Below are positions 1 to 12,640 of a stretch of DNA of 64,000 bases, piece by piece (the stretch's first letter is position 1; the number at the start of each line of letters is the position of its first letter). The stretch comes from Octopus bimaculoides (Eukaryota), in NCBI RefSeq assembly GCF_001194135.2, contig NC_068991.1, positions 60,966,022 through 61,030,021 on the forward strand, read 5' to 3'. The notes below the pieces were generated by a model that saw only the letters and a list, made by a program, of their open reading frames with translations, searched no databases and was not told the origin of the DNA. A program made the position numbers and the translations under genes.

Positions 1-155
1 TCTGGCCATTGTGTTGTTTGTATTCAAAGGACAAGGGTAAATATTAGCATACATGGGAACAGGAAGAGCATCCTGCTGTAGAAAATCTGTTACAGTGTAT
101 CTTAATTGACTCATGCAAGCTTGAAAAGATGGGCATTAAAACAATGATGACGATG
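1..155 (+). mobile_element. 3' fragment of a (GAT)n-tailed non-autonomous retroposon sharing the RTE-type tail (family R2)
   Basis: aggaagagcatcc..gctgtagaaaatctg...catgcaagc..gggcattaaaacaatgatgacgatg matches copies at 63520-63785 (+), 2515-2775 (-) and 23135-23410 (-). Confidence 0.7.
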
Positions 156-189
156 GTGTATACCAGTTACAGCTAATAAGTGAAGACCC

Positions 190-855
190 ATGGCTTTGTG
201 GTTAGTATATTTGGCTCATGATCATGAAGTTGTGAGTTCGATTCCCAGTGGTGCATTGTGTTCTTGAGCAAGGCATTTTATTTCATGTCTCTCCAGTTCA
301 CTCAGCTGGCAAAAAATGAGTAGTACCCTGCCCAGTTCAGGATCACAACATATAGGTACACTGCGGCATAATTTCTTTTCCTCAACAGGCCCTGCACTGT
401 TTAACATTGTGCTAAAACAGATAAAAAAGGAAAAGGATCCTATCAGCTTTAAATGGAGTCTAGACAGATTTCTTGAAGGAATACCAGACAAGCCACCCAT
501 ACCTGGATACAACTCACTCAACAAGAACTCACTACTTGAATGGACCATAAACAAAACTTGACTAAAAAAGGATTTAGATAAATTTCTTTGATAATCTTAT
601 CAGGTGGTGCTATTAAGTTAGACATGGCCTGGACTAATCTTTGATCGAAACATATCTAAGTTTATCTAAGTTTACCTGTCTTTCAAAGGGCTAGCCTTGT
701 CACCTCTTCTGTGTCATGCTAAACCTTCCTGAGAACTATGTTAAGAGTATGCGTGTCTGTGGAGTCCTCAGTCAACTGCACATTAATTTCAGGAGCAAGT
801 TGTTCCATTGATTGAATCAACTGGAACGCTTGTCATAACCAATGGAATGCCAGTA
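190..855 (+). mobile_element. tRNA-derived SINE (family B'), split by a CR1-like LINE insertion
   Basis: A-box/B-box-like head (gtggttag...gagttcgattccc) and body colinear with the uninterrupted copy at 17975-18302 once 331-672 is removed. Confidence 0.8.
331..672 (+). mobile_element. 5'-truncated CR1-like LINE: ORF2 C-terminus plus 3' UTR
   Basis: Translation GTLRHNFFSSTGPALFNIVLKQIKKEKDPISFKWSLDRFLEGIPDKP fits the CR1/L2-clade RT C-terminal pattern (F..GP.LFN.LP..I...FK..LD.FL); ends in tandem tatctaagtt x2; short imperfect TSD tacc(c)tg. Confidence 0.75.
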
Positions 856-1485
856 TGCCAGTAGACAGGTAATACCATTGTAAGGTAATATATTTACATC
901 TGCTTTGTATCTTTATGTTCTGGAATCTTCCTTGCTATCTTATTTTTGAATAGACTTTTGAGATAGTTGTAATTAATTTGTAATTAGTTATAGAGCACTC
1001 TCTCAGAGAAAACTACTTTGTTTAGATAAATTTAGATGTGTTCTGAGATAGTACGGTTGTCTATTTTCTTCACACACATATACGCATACATGTCGATGCA
1101 TGTGTGAGTTTATTGATACACATACAAGCACAGACACACACACACATGTATATATATAATTGTACACCTCCATACATTCATGCACTCACACTCACACACA
1201 CATACATACATCTGTATATATGTGTATTTAGTCATACACATCAGGTACATGCACACTTATGCATACATGTACATACATCTTCACATATGCACACACACAC
1301 ACACACACACACACGCATGTGCTTGTATAAACAAACACACACATACACAGTGATGACATAACTATGTTCGAAGTTAATCATTTTTATTAAAGGTTTTTCA
1401 TATATCCCTATTTGTCCCTTGTGTTTAGTTGGGAACAACAATGTTGGCAATTCGATTAATGTTCCAACACCTTCCTGGCTCATCT

Positions 1486-1637
1486 NNNNNNNNNNNNNNN
1501 NNNNNNNNNNNNNNNNNNNNNNNNNNNNNNNNNNNNNNNNNNNNNNNNNNNNNNNNNNNNNNNNNNNNNNNNNNNNNNNNNNNNNNNNNNNNNNNNNNNN
1601 NNNNNNNNNNNNNNNNNNNNNNNNNNNNNNNNNNNNN
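1486..1637. other. Assembly gap with duplicated flanks (probable overlap artifact)
   Basis: gaacaacaatgttggcaattcgattaatgttccaacaccttcctggctcatct occurs identically on both sides of the N run. Confidence 0.8.
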
Positions 1638-2088
1638 GAACAACAATGTTGGCAATTCGATTAATGTTCCAACACCTTCCTGGCTCATCTTGTGAAAGCT
1701 GAGGTTTAGCTCTTAAAAGTATTAATGGACTTAGGAACATTATTGCTTCAAACTAAAGCGAAAGGGACTCTAAAGGAAAATATGAAAAATTTTTAATAAA
1801 AAATATTATCTTCCAGCACAGATGTGTCTTCAATACAATATTTGAAAGAAAATCTGTTCCCAATATATATATGTATGTGTGTATTTATATACGTGTGTGT
1901 TTGTGTATGTGTTTGTTTGTGTGTGTGCTTCTGACTATAAGAAATATCCTGCGATTCCACTTAAAAGAAAGGTTTAATTTACACTGACAACATTTGCTTT
2001 CTTCCAAGTTCGTATGAGCCAAATGGGATCAGAATAAAGCATCTTTCAATATTGCCATTCTGCTTTTTGCCATTTGTGAAAAACTACA

Positions 2089-2143
<55 letters not shown>
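2089..2143. repeat. (ATT)n microsatellite
   Basis: Direct reading. Confidence 0.95.
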
Positions 2144-2145
<2 letters not shown>

Positions 2146-2514
2146 TTTATTCTTTTCTTTTCTTTTTATTTTTGTCTGCTTTGATCTCTTCATTGCAATA
2201 AAAACATGAATAATGTTGTGTATTGTAAAACAGTTTCTCATCAGCCACTGCTGTATTCAGTTCTTGCCTATCTGACAATGAAGAAACTATAATTCTTCAC
2301 ATGAGATCAAGCTAAGAACTGTAGTTATTGGAAGACCACATGTGAAAGTGTTCTTCTATCAGTTCATAGAAATTCTCGAAATTCCTGCCTTTACATAGAG
2401 TATACTTCTTAAAAGAAACAAGTTGACACTGTCACAGAGTTGGCTATTTCTGTCTTTCTCTCATTATATATTTCGTTGGTTATCTATTATTTTTTATAAT
2501 TTACTATTAATTTA

Positions 2515-2775
2515 AGAACATCATTATCATCACCATCATTTAATATCCATTTTCCATGCTTGCATGGGTCAGACAGAATTTGCTGAGGCAGATTTTCCTA
2601 AGGCCGGGATGCCCTTCTTGTTGCTAACCCTCACCTGTTTCTGAGCAAGGAAATATTTTCCCGTGGCCAGACATGTTTTCCTACATGAGACGGGAAGCAA
2701 ACATCTCTGTTGTATGATGATAATGCTTATTTACAGCCATCATGTGAAGTCTAGAGAAGGGTCCACACAAACACA
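2515..2775 (-). mobile_element. (GAT)n-tailed retroposon, family R2
   Basis: catcatcatttaatatccattttccatgcttgcatggg... is the reverse complement of the 63520-63785 copy. Confidence 0.75.
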
Positions 2776-3008
2776 TACAAATATATACTAACACATACAT
2801 TCATTTATAGATAAATGATAGAAAATGGAATGAGCAGCATTTTTTTTATTTAAAATCACTACAATTGTTTCAACACATTTTTACATTTGTAATATGTTGG
2901 TGAGATGTATAAACATTAAACTCTGTGGATACTATGGAATTCTAAATGTATATCCACTGTACGACATCATGTAGCCAATAGCTGTGGATGAGCTTTGCAT
3001 AACATATT

Positions 3009-3370
3009 GAGTGGCTGTGTGATAAGTAGCTTGCTTACCAGCCACATGGTTCCAGGTTCAGTCCCACTATGTGGCACCTTAGACTTGTGTCTTCTACTAT
3101 AGCCTCAAGCCAACCAAAGCCTTGTGAGTGGATTTGGTAGATGGAAACTGAAAAAAGCCTATCGTATAAATAAATATATATATGTTTGTCACCCCACCAT
3201 CACTTGACAACCAATGTTGGTGTGTTTATGTCTCTGTAACTTAGTGGTTTGGCATAAGAGACCAATAGAATAAGTTCTAGGCTTACAAAGAATAAGTTCT
3301 GGGGTTGATTTCTTTGACTAAAAGGCAGTGCTCCAGCACGGCCGCAGTCAAATGACTGAAACAAATAAAA
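3009..3370 (+). mobile_element. tRNA-derived SINE family A (central TA microsatellite)
   Basis: gagtggctgtgtg..ccacatggttccaggttcagtcccact...aaatgactgaaacaaataaaa; many copies in the window. Confidence 0.9.
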
Positions 3371-3389
3371 TAATATATATATATATATA

Positions 3390-3610
3390 CACGAGGAGGT
3401 GCTGAAAAGTTCCTGGCTTTGGGTAAAAGAAAATATAGAAATGTCAGTTAATTATGATTTTATTCAACATATTCCCCTCTCAGATTCAGACATTTATTGC
3501 AGTGGTCCTTCAGTTTTTGTAAACCCTGTAAAATAACTCAGCAGATTGGGCCTCCAGTCAAGCCTTTCACGATACCCTTAAAGCCAGGAACTTTTCAGCA
3601 CCCCCTCATA
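3390..3610. mobile_element. Mariner-type MITE
   Basis: About 29-bp TIRs cgagg(a/g)ggtgctgaaaagttcctggcttt / aaagccaggaacttttcagcaccccctca, TA at the right end, about 220 bp, non-coding. Confidence 0.85.
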
Positions 3611-5169
3611 TTTACATATAAGATAGGCTTCTTATAGTCTACCAAATAGACTCACAAGGTTTTCATTGGCCTGGGGCTATAATAGAAGACAGTTGCCTAA
3701 GGTGCTGTCAGTGGGACTGAACTCAAAACCAAGTGGTTGGGAAGCAAGCTTCATTATCACACAGCCATGCCTGTGCTTATATAGGTTAAAAATAAGATAT
3801 ATTATTGAAATAAAAAGAAAAGAAACAGATATTATTAGGATTAATTATTTAAATTAATTCTTTCAGTACTAAATTAAATTAAATTGAATTAACAACAAAC
3901 AAAATACACCACACAAAAAAAAAATAAATAAATAAAAGCCAACAAACTTTGTTACATTTTAATTTTTTTCTCTGAAACCTAACCTGAGTAAAATTGCAGA
4001 CTAAATTATCAGAATGGTCATTTGGCAACGAAGGGTTGTTAAAACTTGAATGATTAGCCTTTATTGATTGATTTCTTGAAGAAAAAGAATGCAAAATATA
4101 AAAGTATAAAAACAAATATAATTAGATTGGAAAAATTTGACTGATGATAGTCAATTAAAATATATGACTGGCCGAGGACAGCGAGGCTAGGAAAAATAGA
4201 TTGACTTGAAAAGAATTCATCAAAGATTATTCCTTAACAAAGAAAATAATTCAGGTTCAATTCCTGGGTTAACTCTTTCAACACTATATCTTAAAGACGT
4301 TTGAATATTTACACAAGACACTTAACAAATGATATGAAAGAGAAAAAGGACAGCGGATGAAATCTCTTTTTTGTTTTTATTAATTTATTTATAATCTTTT
4401 TTATTTTATTTTTTCATTTTCTCCAAATCTTAATTAAATTTTAGAAAACCTTAAAATCAGAGAGAAAAGAAAAAAAGTAATGTTAATAAGCCAAAACAAA
4501 AATGAAACCGTAAACAATAAAAAAAAACCCCACAGACACACTTGAAAGACAAAGAAAAAGAACCCAATCACTTGCGATGTATTTGCAATATTTTTTCCTA
4601 GATATTCCCTCTTATGTTGGGATTGAACTGGGAGCATAACAAAATATTTTCAGTGGCAATATAATTGAAGATTATTGATCTGTTATGGTGATCAGTAAAG
4701 TAAAAAAAAAAAAAAAAAAAAAAAGTCGAATGTGAAATGAGACCGCTATAAACAAATATTAAAAACAACAACAATAACATCAACAAAAATTTATTATGGC
4801 AAAATAATTCACTCCAATAATTAAGTTAATAACTTTGCAACATATAGTAAGACACACACACACACACACACACACAAATGAAAAAACAAAGAACAAAGAA
4901 GCAAAAAACAATAAAAAGACCATTACAAGTTATTTCAATCCAAAACAAATTGAAAATAATAATGAAAAAAACAAAAAAAAAATTAATTAGTAGATAGTGT
5001 AGATAAGTGGTAATGACCAATACCTGGGAATTATTGATGATTTTCTGGAGTTGCAACTTTAGATAATTTATGGTCATCATTTGTAACAAAGATATTATCT
5101 CGAATAGAAATAATGGGTGGTTTCAGCTTTTAAATATTTAGCATTATGGTTTCTTGCAGAATTTATAAT

Positions 5170-5216
<47 letters not shown>

Positions 5217-6819
5217 TGTATGTATGTATTCATAGCAGATGTCAAGATGGTCTACTCCAATATTTTCTGAAACTTTGACACTTACTATAAATAAGTTATT
5301 TATTACATCGTTTTTCATTTCTTTCAATATATTTATAACTGTTTTCATTTACAATAATTTTTTTTTTAAGTGATAGAATAGGTGAGATGTCATTCCCTTT
5401 CTTATTCTTCTTCTCTCTCTCCTTTTTCTTCTTCTAAAATTTATCTATGAATTTCTGGCACGGCATTGACCTAATGTCAGTTTTTCAACATCGAATTCGC
5501 TAAAACAGCAAAAAAAGCAGCTTCTGTTATGCACTAACTGAAGGTGTATTATTTCTTCAGATGATTTCACTCAGCCTGCTTAAAAGAGATGTCAAATCTC
5601 CCTCAAATCATATTCTACCATCTTAAAATTATAGGATACATTGAATAATATAATCCAAGATATGATGTCTGAAAATGCTTTCTTTAATTTCATATAAAAT
5701 ACATTTTTGCTTCCAAAAAATGTTTCAAAAAATCACCACTAGTCTTGTATACAAAGTTGGGTTCCCCTAAGCTAATTATGTCCCTGACACTCACCACTCT
5801 TGGCTAATTTTAATTCTGACAATCTCTTCTCTTAGCTTAACTTCATAATAATAATATTTATTTAATAATGATAATGCTTTATCATATTACTTCGTCTGTA
5901 GTTGGCAATGACCAAGGACATCATATTGAAGAAGAAGATGGGGTAGAGTGTGTCCAGCTGTAGTCAATCAGTCCAATGCATGCTCAGAAGACTTTGTAAC
6001 AGGTCAGGCACTAGTGGTCTGGTGGTATGTTTTATTATAGTAATCATGGAGGATATTTTCACTCTGGTGATTTCTTGCTTTATGTTCAGCTCTACTGTTG
6101 ACTTACTTTTTATATACAGAAATGTTTTCTTCTCTAACCAATGTACTTTTGTAATGTTCTGCTAAATTGGTTTTAACATTACATGCTTTAATACACTAGC
6201 AATAGTTTTTCCCGAATATGTTCTGCTGAAATTAGGCTGTGTCTAATATGCCTGCGTGTCCTTTATATACCATCAAATACATTAAGGAAGGATGATCAAG
6301 AATGAAGTACCTTTGATCCCAGGTCAGTTTGATCAGGGCTGACCTGGCACTAAACAGCAATGGCAGCCAATTCAACTGATGCCATCTTGTCAGAATGATC
6401 CAACATTTATATAACGAAAGCCAATTTGTTTAGACTTGATCCAACAAGAGAAGGTTAATGTATTCCTTAGAAACTATACTTTATCTTAATCTATGTAATT
6501 AATCTCTCTGCTTAATCATATATTCATATGTCACATAAGAAATAGTCTACAAATATTAAAACATCATGTGTCTATAATCATCTGTGTTATTAAACTGTCT
6601 TCATCTCATCCATTTAATAATGGCTGCTATCCTCATCTATCTTTCGTCTGGAAACAATAACAGCAACTATCTATTGGGTCGACGACTCAGTTTTAGTATT
6701 TCATTACACAAGTCTGGTCAAGTGTTGAAAATATTAATTGGATCAAAAATAATTCACAACAAAAAGCAGAACTTGAAACTTGCAGCTCTTTCTTTCCACA
6801 TAGAGAAAATGAAGGGGAG

Positions 6820-7010
6820 AGACAGAGGAAGAGAGAGTGTGTGTTTGAAGGGGAAGAGAGAGAACAAAAGAGAAGGAAAGAGAGAGAGAGAGAGAATGAA
6901 AGAGAAGGAAAGGGAAAGAGAGAGAATGAAAGACAAGGAAAGGGAGAGAGAGAGAAAGTGTGTGAGTGTGGGTAAAAGAGAGAGCAAGAGAGGGAGAGAA
7001 AGAGTGTTAG

Positions 7011-7044
<34 letters not shown>

Positions 7045-7176
7045 TGTCAGTGGAAAAGAGGGAGAAGAAGAGAAAGAGAGACAGACAGAAAGATAGAGTG
7101 TGTGTATGGCTAAGAGAGAGACAGAGAGAGTGTGGATGAGACAGAGAGAAAGATAGTGTGTGTGCATGTGCATGCA

Positions 7177-7209
<33 letters not shown>

Positions 7210-7210
7210 C
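6820..7210. repeat. Purine-rich (GA)n/(GT)n low-complexity tract
   Basis: Direct reading; explains ORFs 6584-7096 and 6754-7227. Confidence 0.9.
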
Positions 7211-7334
7211 GTGCGTGGGGGGTGCATTCATTTAAAAAAAAAACTTTCCAAGCTAGCATCTGTTGAAAGAATGACAGGAGTGAAGAATGACACATCTTCA
7301 CTTCTCTAAAAATCTTGTATAATCTTATCTATAA

Positions 7335-7705
7335 GGACCACCACCCTGAAAATTGTATCTTATCACTTCCTCCCATGTCTATCCCTCTCCCATAGCTACC
7401 TTCCACTGGTAGTAGTACATGACACTCTTTCACCCAACCCATCATCATCATCCATTCACATCTCATACCAGTCCAGATGCCTCCTCCTCTAACATCAACT
7501 CATACATTTATTATCCAGCCACCCTTTCAGCTCACCATCTTGAATACGAGTTTACATAATATACTCAACAAAGCATACCCAACCGATCATTCTCCAGCTT
7601 CCACAGATCTTCTCCATCCAATATCCATGGATCTCTCACTGAAGCAGTATCATTCATTATCATTCATACATCTTACATATGTTTCATACAAGCTTCTATT
7701 TTTTT
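7335..7705 (-). mobile_element. Degenerate RTE-clade LINE fragment (RT C-terminal region)
   Basis: Minus-strand frames give RSLYETYVRC..EDLWKLEND..RRRHLDWY..MDDD..WVKECHVLLPVEGSYGRG, matching the RTE pattern RLY..CVR..ED..RLE..RRL.WYGH..WVK.C..VEG...RGRP, with frameshifts and stops. Confidence 0.7.
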
Positions 7706-7888
7706 ACAGAGAAAAGACAGAAATCCTTGGTAACAACCAACAAAGATAGCAGCTCTCGGAACATCTTCCACCTTTTATTTTTTTTCTCTCTCTCTGTCTC
7801 TCTCTGCGTAACTATATAAATTCCTTGAATATTTATAGATGTAAGTCACAAGGTATATGTATGTGTTTGTACATCTATATCCATCAAA

Positions 7889-7929
<41 letters not shown>

Positions 7930-8170
7930 NNNNNNNNNNNNNNNNNNNNNNNNNNNNNNNNNNNNNNNNNNNNNNNNNNNNNNNNNNNNNNNNNNNNNNN
8001 NNNNNNNNNNNNNNNNNNNNNNNNNNNNNNNNNNNNNNNNNNNNNNNNNNNNNNNNNNNNNNNNNNNNNNNNNNNNNNNNNNNNNNNNNNNNNNNNNNNN
8101 ATATATTTATATATATATATATATGTATGTATGTATGTGTGCATCTATGTATGTATGCATGTATGTATGA

Positions 8171-8228
<58 letters not shown>

Positions 8229-8656
8229 ATATATATATAAATGCAGAGTGGGTTTTTAAATAATTATGAAGTTTTCAAGATGCTTCAGGTGATAAATATC
8301 AATGAAATTTTCATTACATAAAAGATAACATTTTGATAGAAATCACCGACGTCTAATTACAATGTTCTCAGTTTTAGAGAGAAAGTTTATCTACGAAATT
8401 TATCAAACCAGTTCAAACTGTTAACCTGAAAATGACTTCAGTGGAAAAGTGCTTTAGCTATTTACTTGACAAACAAATTACCAGACTCACCAAAACTTGA
8501 TGTAGCTAAACTACAATATCAAACTTCATGGTGACCCCTATTTTGCAAAGCTGCCACAAACATTCTTTGTAGATAGTGGAGGTGGCAGGGGGAAGTCTTG
8601 GACAAATTGTTTAAGAACTACCAATTTGTGACATCCTATACATAATCTGTATATAT

Positions 8657-9105
8657 GAGGGCGTGGCAGTGTGGTAAAAAATTTGCTTCTCAACCATGTG
8701 GTTCCGGGTTCAGTTCCACTGTGTGGCACTTTGCGAAAATGTGTTCTACTATAAGCCTTGGGCCGGCCAAGGCCTTGTGAGTGGATGTAAATTTGGTTCA
8801 TGGTATATGAAGAGTTGGGATATAAGGAAACTGATAGAAGCCTGTAGCATATGTGTGTGAGTGTGCGTGTGACAGAAAGTGCATGTGTCTGTGTGTGTTT
8901 GTCCCTCCTCCCCACACCACATGATGGCCAGTGTTAGTGTGTTTATGTCCCCATAACTTAGCAGTTCAGCAAAAGGAGACCAATTGAATAAATATCAGGC
9001 TTGCAAAAAGTAGAAATAAGTACAGAATTTGATTCATTCAACTAAAAAGCTCCTTGAAGAAATGTTCCAGCATGGCCACAGTCTAGTGACTGAAACGAGT
9101 CAAAG
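8657..9105 (+). mobile_element. SINE family A
   Basis: Colinear with the 14193-14602 copy, with a small internal insertion. Confidence 0.85.
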
Positions 9106-9235
9106 ATGCTTGTGTGTGTGTGTGTGTGTGTTAGACAGGTATCTCATTCTTTTCATTCTAAATTTAGGTTTACCAATGCTCTTGTAACAGGAATGGCAGT
9201 GTTCAATATTCCTCCATCCTTTCTCCAAGAAAATA

Positions 9236-9452
9236 CTCTTTTCTACTCTTGGCACAAGGTTCGAAATTTTGGGGGAGGGGGCCAGTTGATTAGATCGACT
9301 CCAGTATGCAACTGGTACTTAATTTATCGACCCCTAAAGGATGAAAAGCAAAGTCCACCTTGGAGGAATTTGAACTCAGAACGTAAAGACAGACAAAATG
9401 CCACTAAGCATTTCACCCGGCGTTCTAACGTTTCTGCCAGCTCACCACCTTG
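9236..9452 (-). mobile_element. tRNA-derived SINE family C, followed by a partial second copy at 9458-9540
   Basis: Reverse complement of ggcggcgagctggcagaaacgttag...gttctgagttcaaattcc (B-box)...ccttgtgcc.agagtagaaaag. Confidence 0.85.
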
Positions 9453-10202
9453 AAAATATTCTTTTCTACTCAAGGTATAAGGCCCGAAATTTTGGGGAAG
9501 AGGGCCAGTCTATTAGATCAACCCTAGTACGCAACTGGTACAACAATGTGAATGAACAAGCATTACATTTGACAGAAGTAATCTGAATGCTACAGGTTAG
9601 AAACTGATTCGCAGAGGTGGGAAAGAGAAAGAAGGAACAAAACAACGAGTCTGATGACTGGATTTGAACCACATATCTATCGGTTTAGATTACGTAATGT
9701 TTAATGTATTTCATACATTCAGACACTGATGTCAGCTTGTTGAGATAACACTAAGTGGTATGAAATTGTCTGTGAAACAGGCAGAATACTCGAGGAGATT
9801 GAATAAAGTAGTTAAAAATTTATCTAATTTAAGAAAGACAGGCATACAAAATTCATCCTGGAGTAATTGGTAATGAGATAGCTTGCCTGACAAAGCAATG
9901 GAAATACTGTAGGAGTCTCCAGAGTGGATTTGTTCCTTTTCATTCGCAAATTAGTGCTTAGAATGGACAGCACATGCATATATGCATGTAATGGTGCTGT
10001 CGATAATGGCTGTGGTGGTGATGGAGAACACAAGGTAAGCCAAAGCTAAATCTAGGATTAAGTTTTATTCCTGTCCACTCTGAGTTCAAAATCAGGACTG
10101 GTCTTTATTATCATCCATCTTTTATTTGTTTTAGACACTGAACAGCAGCCATGCTACAGCACCATCTTCAAAGCTTTAGTCGAACAAACTGGCCCCAATA
10201 CT

Positions 10203-10242
<40 letters not shown>

Positions 10243-10353
10243 TATATTTGAAAGTCTGGTTGTAACTGTATCGAATTTTTTTGCTGAACCACTAAGTTAG
10301 AGAGAAGTAAACAATCTAACACTGGTTGTCAGGCAGTAGGTGAGAGGGAAGAC

Positions 10354-10411
10354 AAAGTGCTAAAACTCCAACAGATAGTAGTACTACTATCTGTTGGAGT
10401 TTTAGCACTTT
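10354..10411. repeat. Perfect 58-bp spacerless palindrome
   Basis: aaagtgctaaaactccaacagatagtagt|actactatctgttggagttttagcacttt; arms are exact reverse complements. Confidence 0.95.
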
Positions 10412-10621
10412 AGCTGCTATTTCTGAACTTCGGTATGTGGTGAAGCAACTGTTGCTGATCCCTTAATAATGTTTATAAATTTATAAGAACTTTTAAATAG
10501 GTTCTTCACCGATAATGGTGTTTACATACCGAAGTGCTTGGTAAAAAATTATTACTTATTAATTTATTAATAAATTAATATTCCTTTACCCTTTTATTTG
10601 TAATAATTATATATATATATA

Positions 10622-10662
<41 letters not shown>

Positions 10663-10667
10663 AAAAA

Positions 10668-11020
10668 GGGTAAAGGGTAAAGAACCCCTTCAGTCATAGA
10701 TGGCAATGGGACTGCACCTAGAAAGTTCCGTTCCAACTTCAAGGTACAAGTCCGGGCAAGGTTGTTTATGGAAGACCAGCAGTCACTCATGCATACCAGT
10801 CTCCCCTCTCCAAACCACCAATGTTATCTAAGGGAAAAGGCAAAGGCCAATACAACTTGGCACCTGTGACGTCACAATCAATTCATTTCTACAGCTGACT
10901 GAACTAGGCTATATGAAATCAAGTGTCTTGTTCAAGAATAGAACACACAGACTGGTTCAGGAATTGCTCACTATTTTATGTGAGCTTGATGCTCTAACTA
11001 CTGAGCCATGCACCTTCACA
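10668..11020 (-). mobile_element. tRNA-derived SINE family B
   Basis: Minus-strand head gaaggtgcatggctcagtagttagagc...; body matches 23485-23735; tttaccc-repeat tail. Confidence 0.8.
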
Positions 11021-11067
11021 CACACGTGAGCGTGCGCGTGTGTGTGTGTGTATGTGTATGTATATGT

Positions 11068-11260
11068 TTTTCTACCTGTTTCAGTCATTTGACAGCAGCC
11101 ATGCTGGAGCATTATCTTTAGTCAAGTAAATCGACCCCAGGACTTATTCTTTGTAAGCCTAGTACTTATTCTATCGGTCACTTTGCTGAGGTTACAGGGA
11201 TGTAGACACACCAGCATTGGTTGTCATGCGATGTTGGTGGGGACAAACACACACACACAT

Positions 11261-11343
<83 letters not shown>

Positions 11344-11503
11344 CAATAAGTTTCTTTCAATTTCTGCCTACCAAATCCACTCACAAGGCTTTGGTCGGCC
11401 TGAAGCTATAGCAGAAGACAGCTACTCAAGGTACCATGCAATAGTACGGAACCTCAAACCATGTGGTTGGTAAGCAAGCTACCACACAGTCACTCCTGCA
11501 CCT
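11068..11503 (-). mobile_element. SINE family A (central TA/TG microsatellite)
   Basis: Reverse complement colinear with family A copies. Confidence 0.9.
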
Positions 11504-12060
11504 ACATATATTTTTATATTTATCTACATACACACATGATGGGCTTCGATAGAGTTTCCATCAACCAAATTTACTTACAGGGTATTGGTTGGCCCTGAGC
11601 TATAGTTGCAGACATTAGCCCAAGGTGCTGTACAATGGAACTGAACCCAAAAACACATGGTTGCAAAATGTGCTCCATAATCCTGCAGTCATGCTTGCAA
11701 AGATCATTCACACAACTTCTCAATCTCAGAATGAATGATAATTGCTTCTTACACTGGCATGAGACCAATATTTTTATAGTTGATGTAATTAGCCTCTAGT
11801 GCTTAACTAGTACATAACTAATTTCTCATTACTGCCACCCCTTTGCCTCAGAATAAATAATAATAATTTCTTAATTTCTTAAATTGGCACAAGAGCAACT
11901 TTCTTTAATTTTTTTTATTTTTACAATCAATTTAATTAGTCTCCAGTATTGAGTGGTTATTTATTTTATGAATCCTGAAGGAAAAAAGCCAAACCAACCC
12001 CAGCATGTGAAAGAATACTGTTAAAGAATGTAACATTATATGGAAATGGCATGCCAATTC

Positions 12061-12212
12061 ATGACTGTGGTTTAGAAGCTTCATTCCTAACCATGTAGTA
12101 TCAGGTTCAGTCCCACTGTGTGACATCTTGGGCATGTGTCTTCTATAATAGGCCATGGTCAACCAATGCCTTGTGAGTGAACTTGGTTGATGGTAACTGT
12201 GTGGAAGTCCAT

Positions 12213-12259
<47 letters not shown>

Positions 12260-12386
12260 TAAAGAGAGAGAGAGAGAGAGAGAGAGAGATATAAAGAGAG
12301 AGAGAGAGAGAGATATAAAGAGAGAGAGAGAGNNNNNNNNNNAGAGAGAGAGAGAGAGATATAAAGAGAGAGAGAGAGAGAGATAT

Positions 12387-12427
<41 letters not shown>

Positions 12428-12640
12428 AAGTAAGCATGTGTATGTGCATGTCTTTGTGTTTGTTCCCTGCATCACTTGACAACCGGTGTTGGTTTGTTTA
12501 CACCCCTGTAATGTAGCAGTATGGCAAAAAACTGATGGAAAGATTTTAAAAATAAGTACATGGGTTAATTATAGTTCAACAAACCCTTTCAAGACAATGC
12601 CCCAGCATGGTTGCTGTCGAATGACTGAAACAAGTAAAAT
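12061..12640 (+). mobile_element. SINE family A with a (TG)n/(GA)n central array
   Basis: Head and tail match family A; centre 12220-12420 is a TG then GA array with a gap. Confidence 0.85.

Noticed and set aside
1428-1695. Apparent direct repeat with spacer, CRISPR-like or a duplicated exon
   Set aside because: The spacer is an N gap and the flanks are identical, so this is an assembly overlap artifact; the context is eukaryotic with no cas genes
5900-6100. Minus-strand reading HTLPHLLLQYD as a mariner LPHPPYSPD motif
   Set aside because: Too few identities, and no TIR or DD34D context
8425-8489. Possible 65-nt minus-strand intron (gtgagt...ttttcag)
   Set aside because: The joined flanks give no sustained open frame; such motifs arise by chance
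10668-10682. gggtaaagggtaaa as a telomere-like repeat
   Set aside because: It is the tttaccc tail of a family B SINE and not the TTAGGG motif
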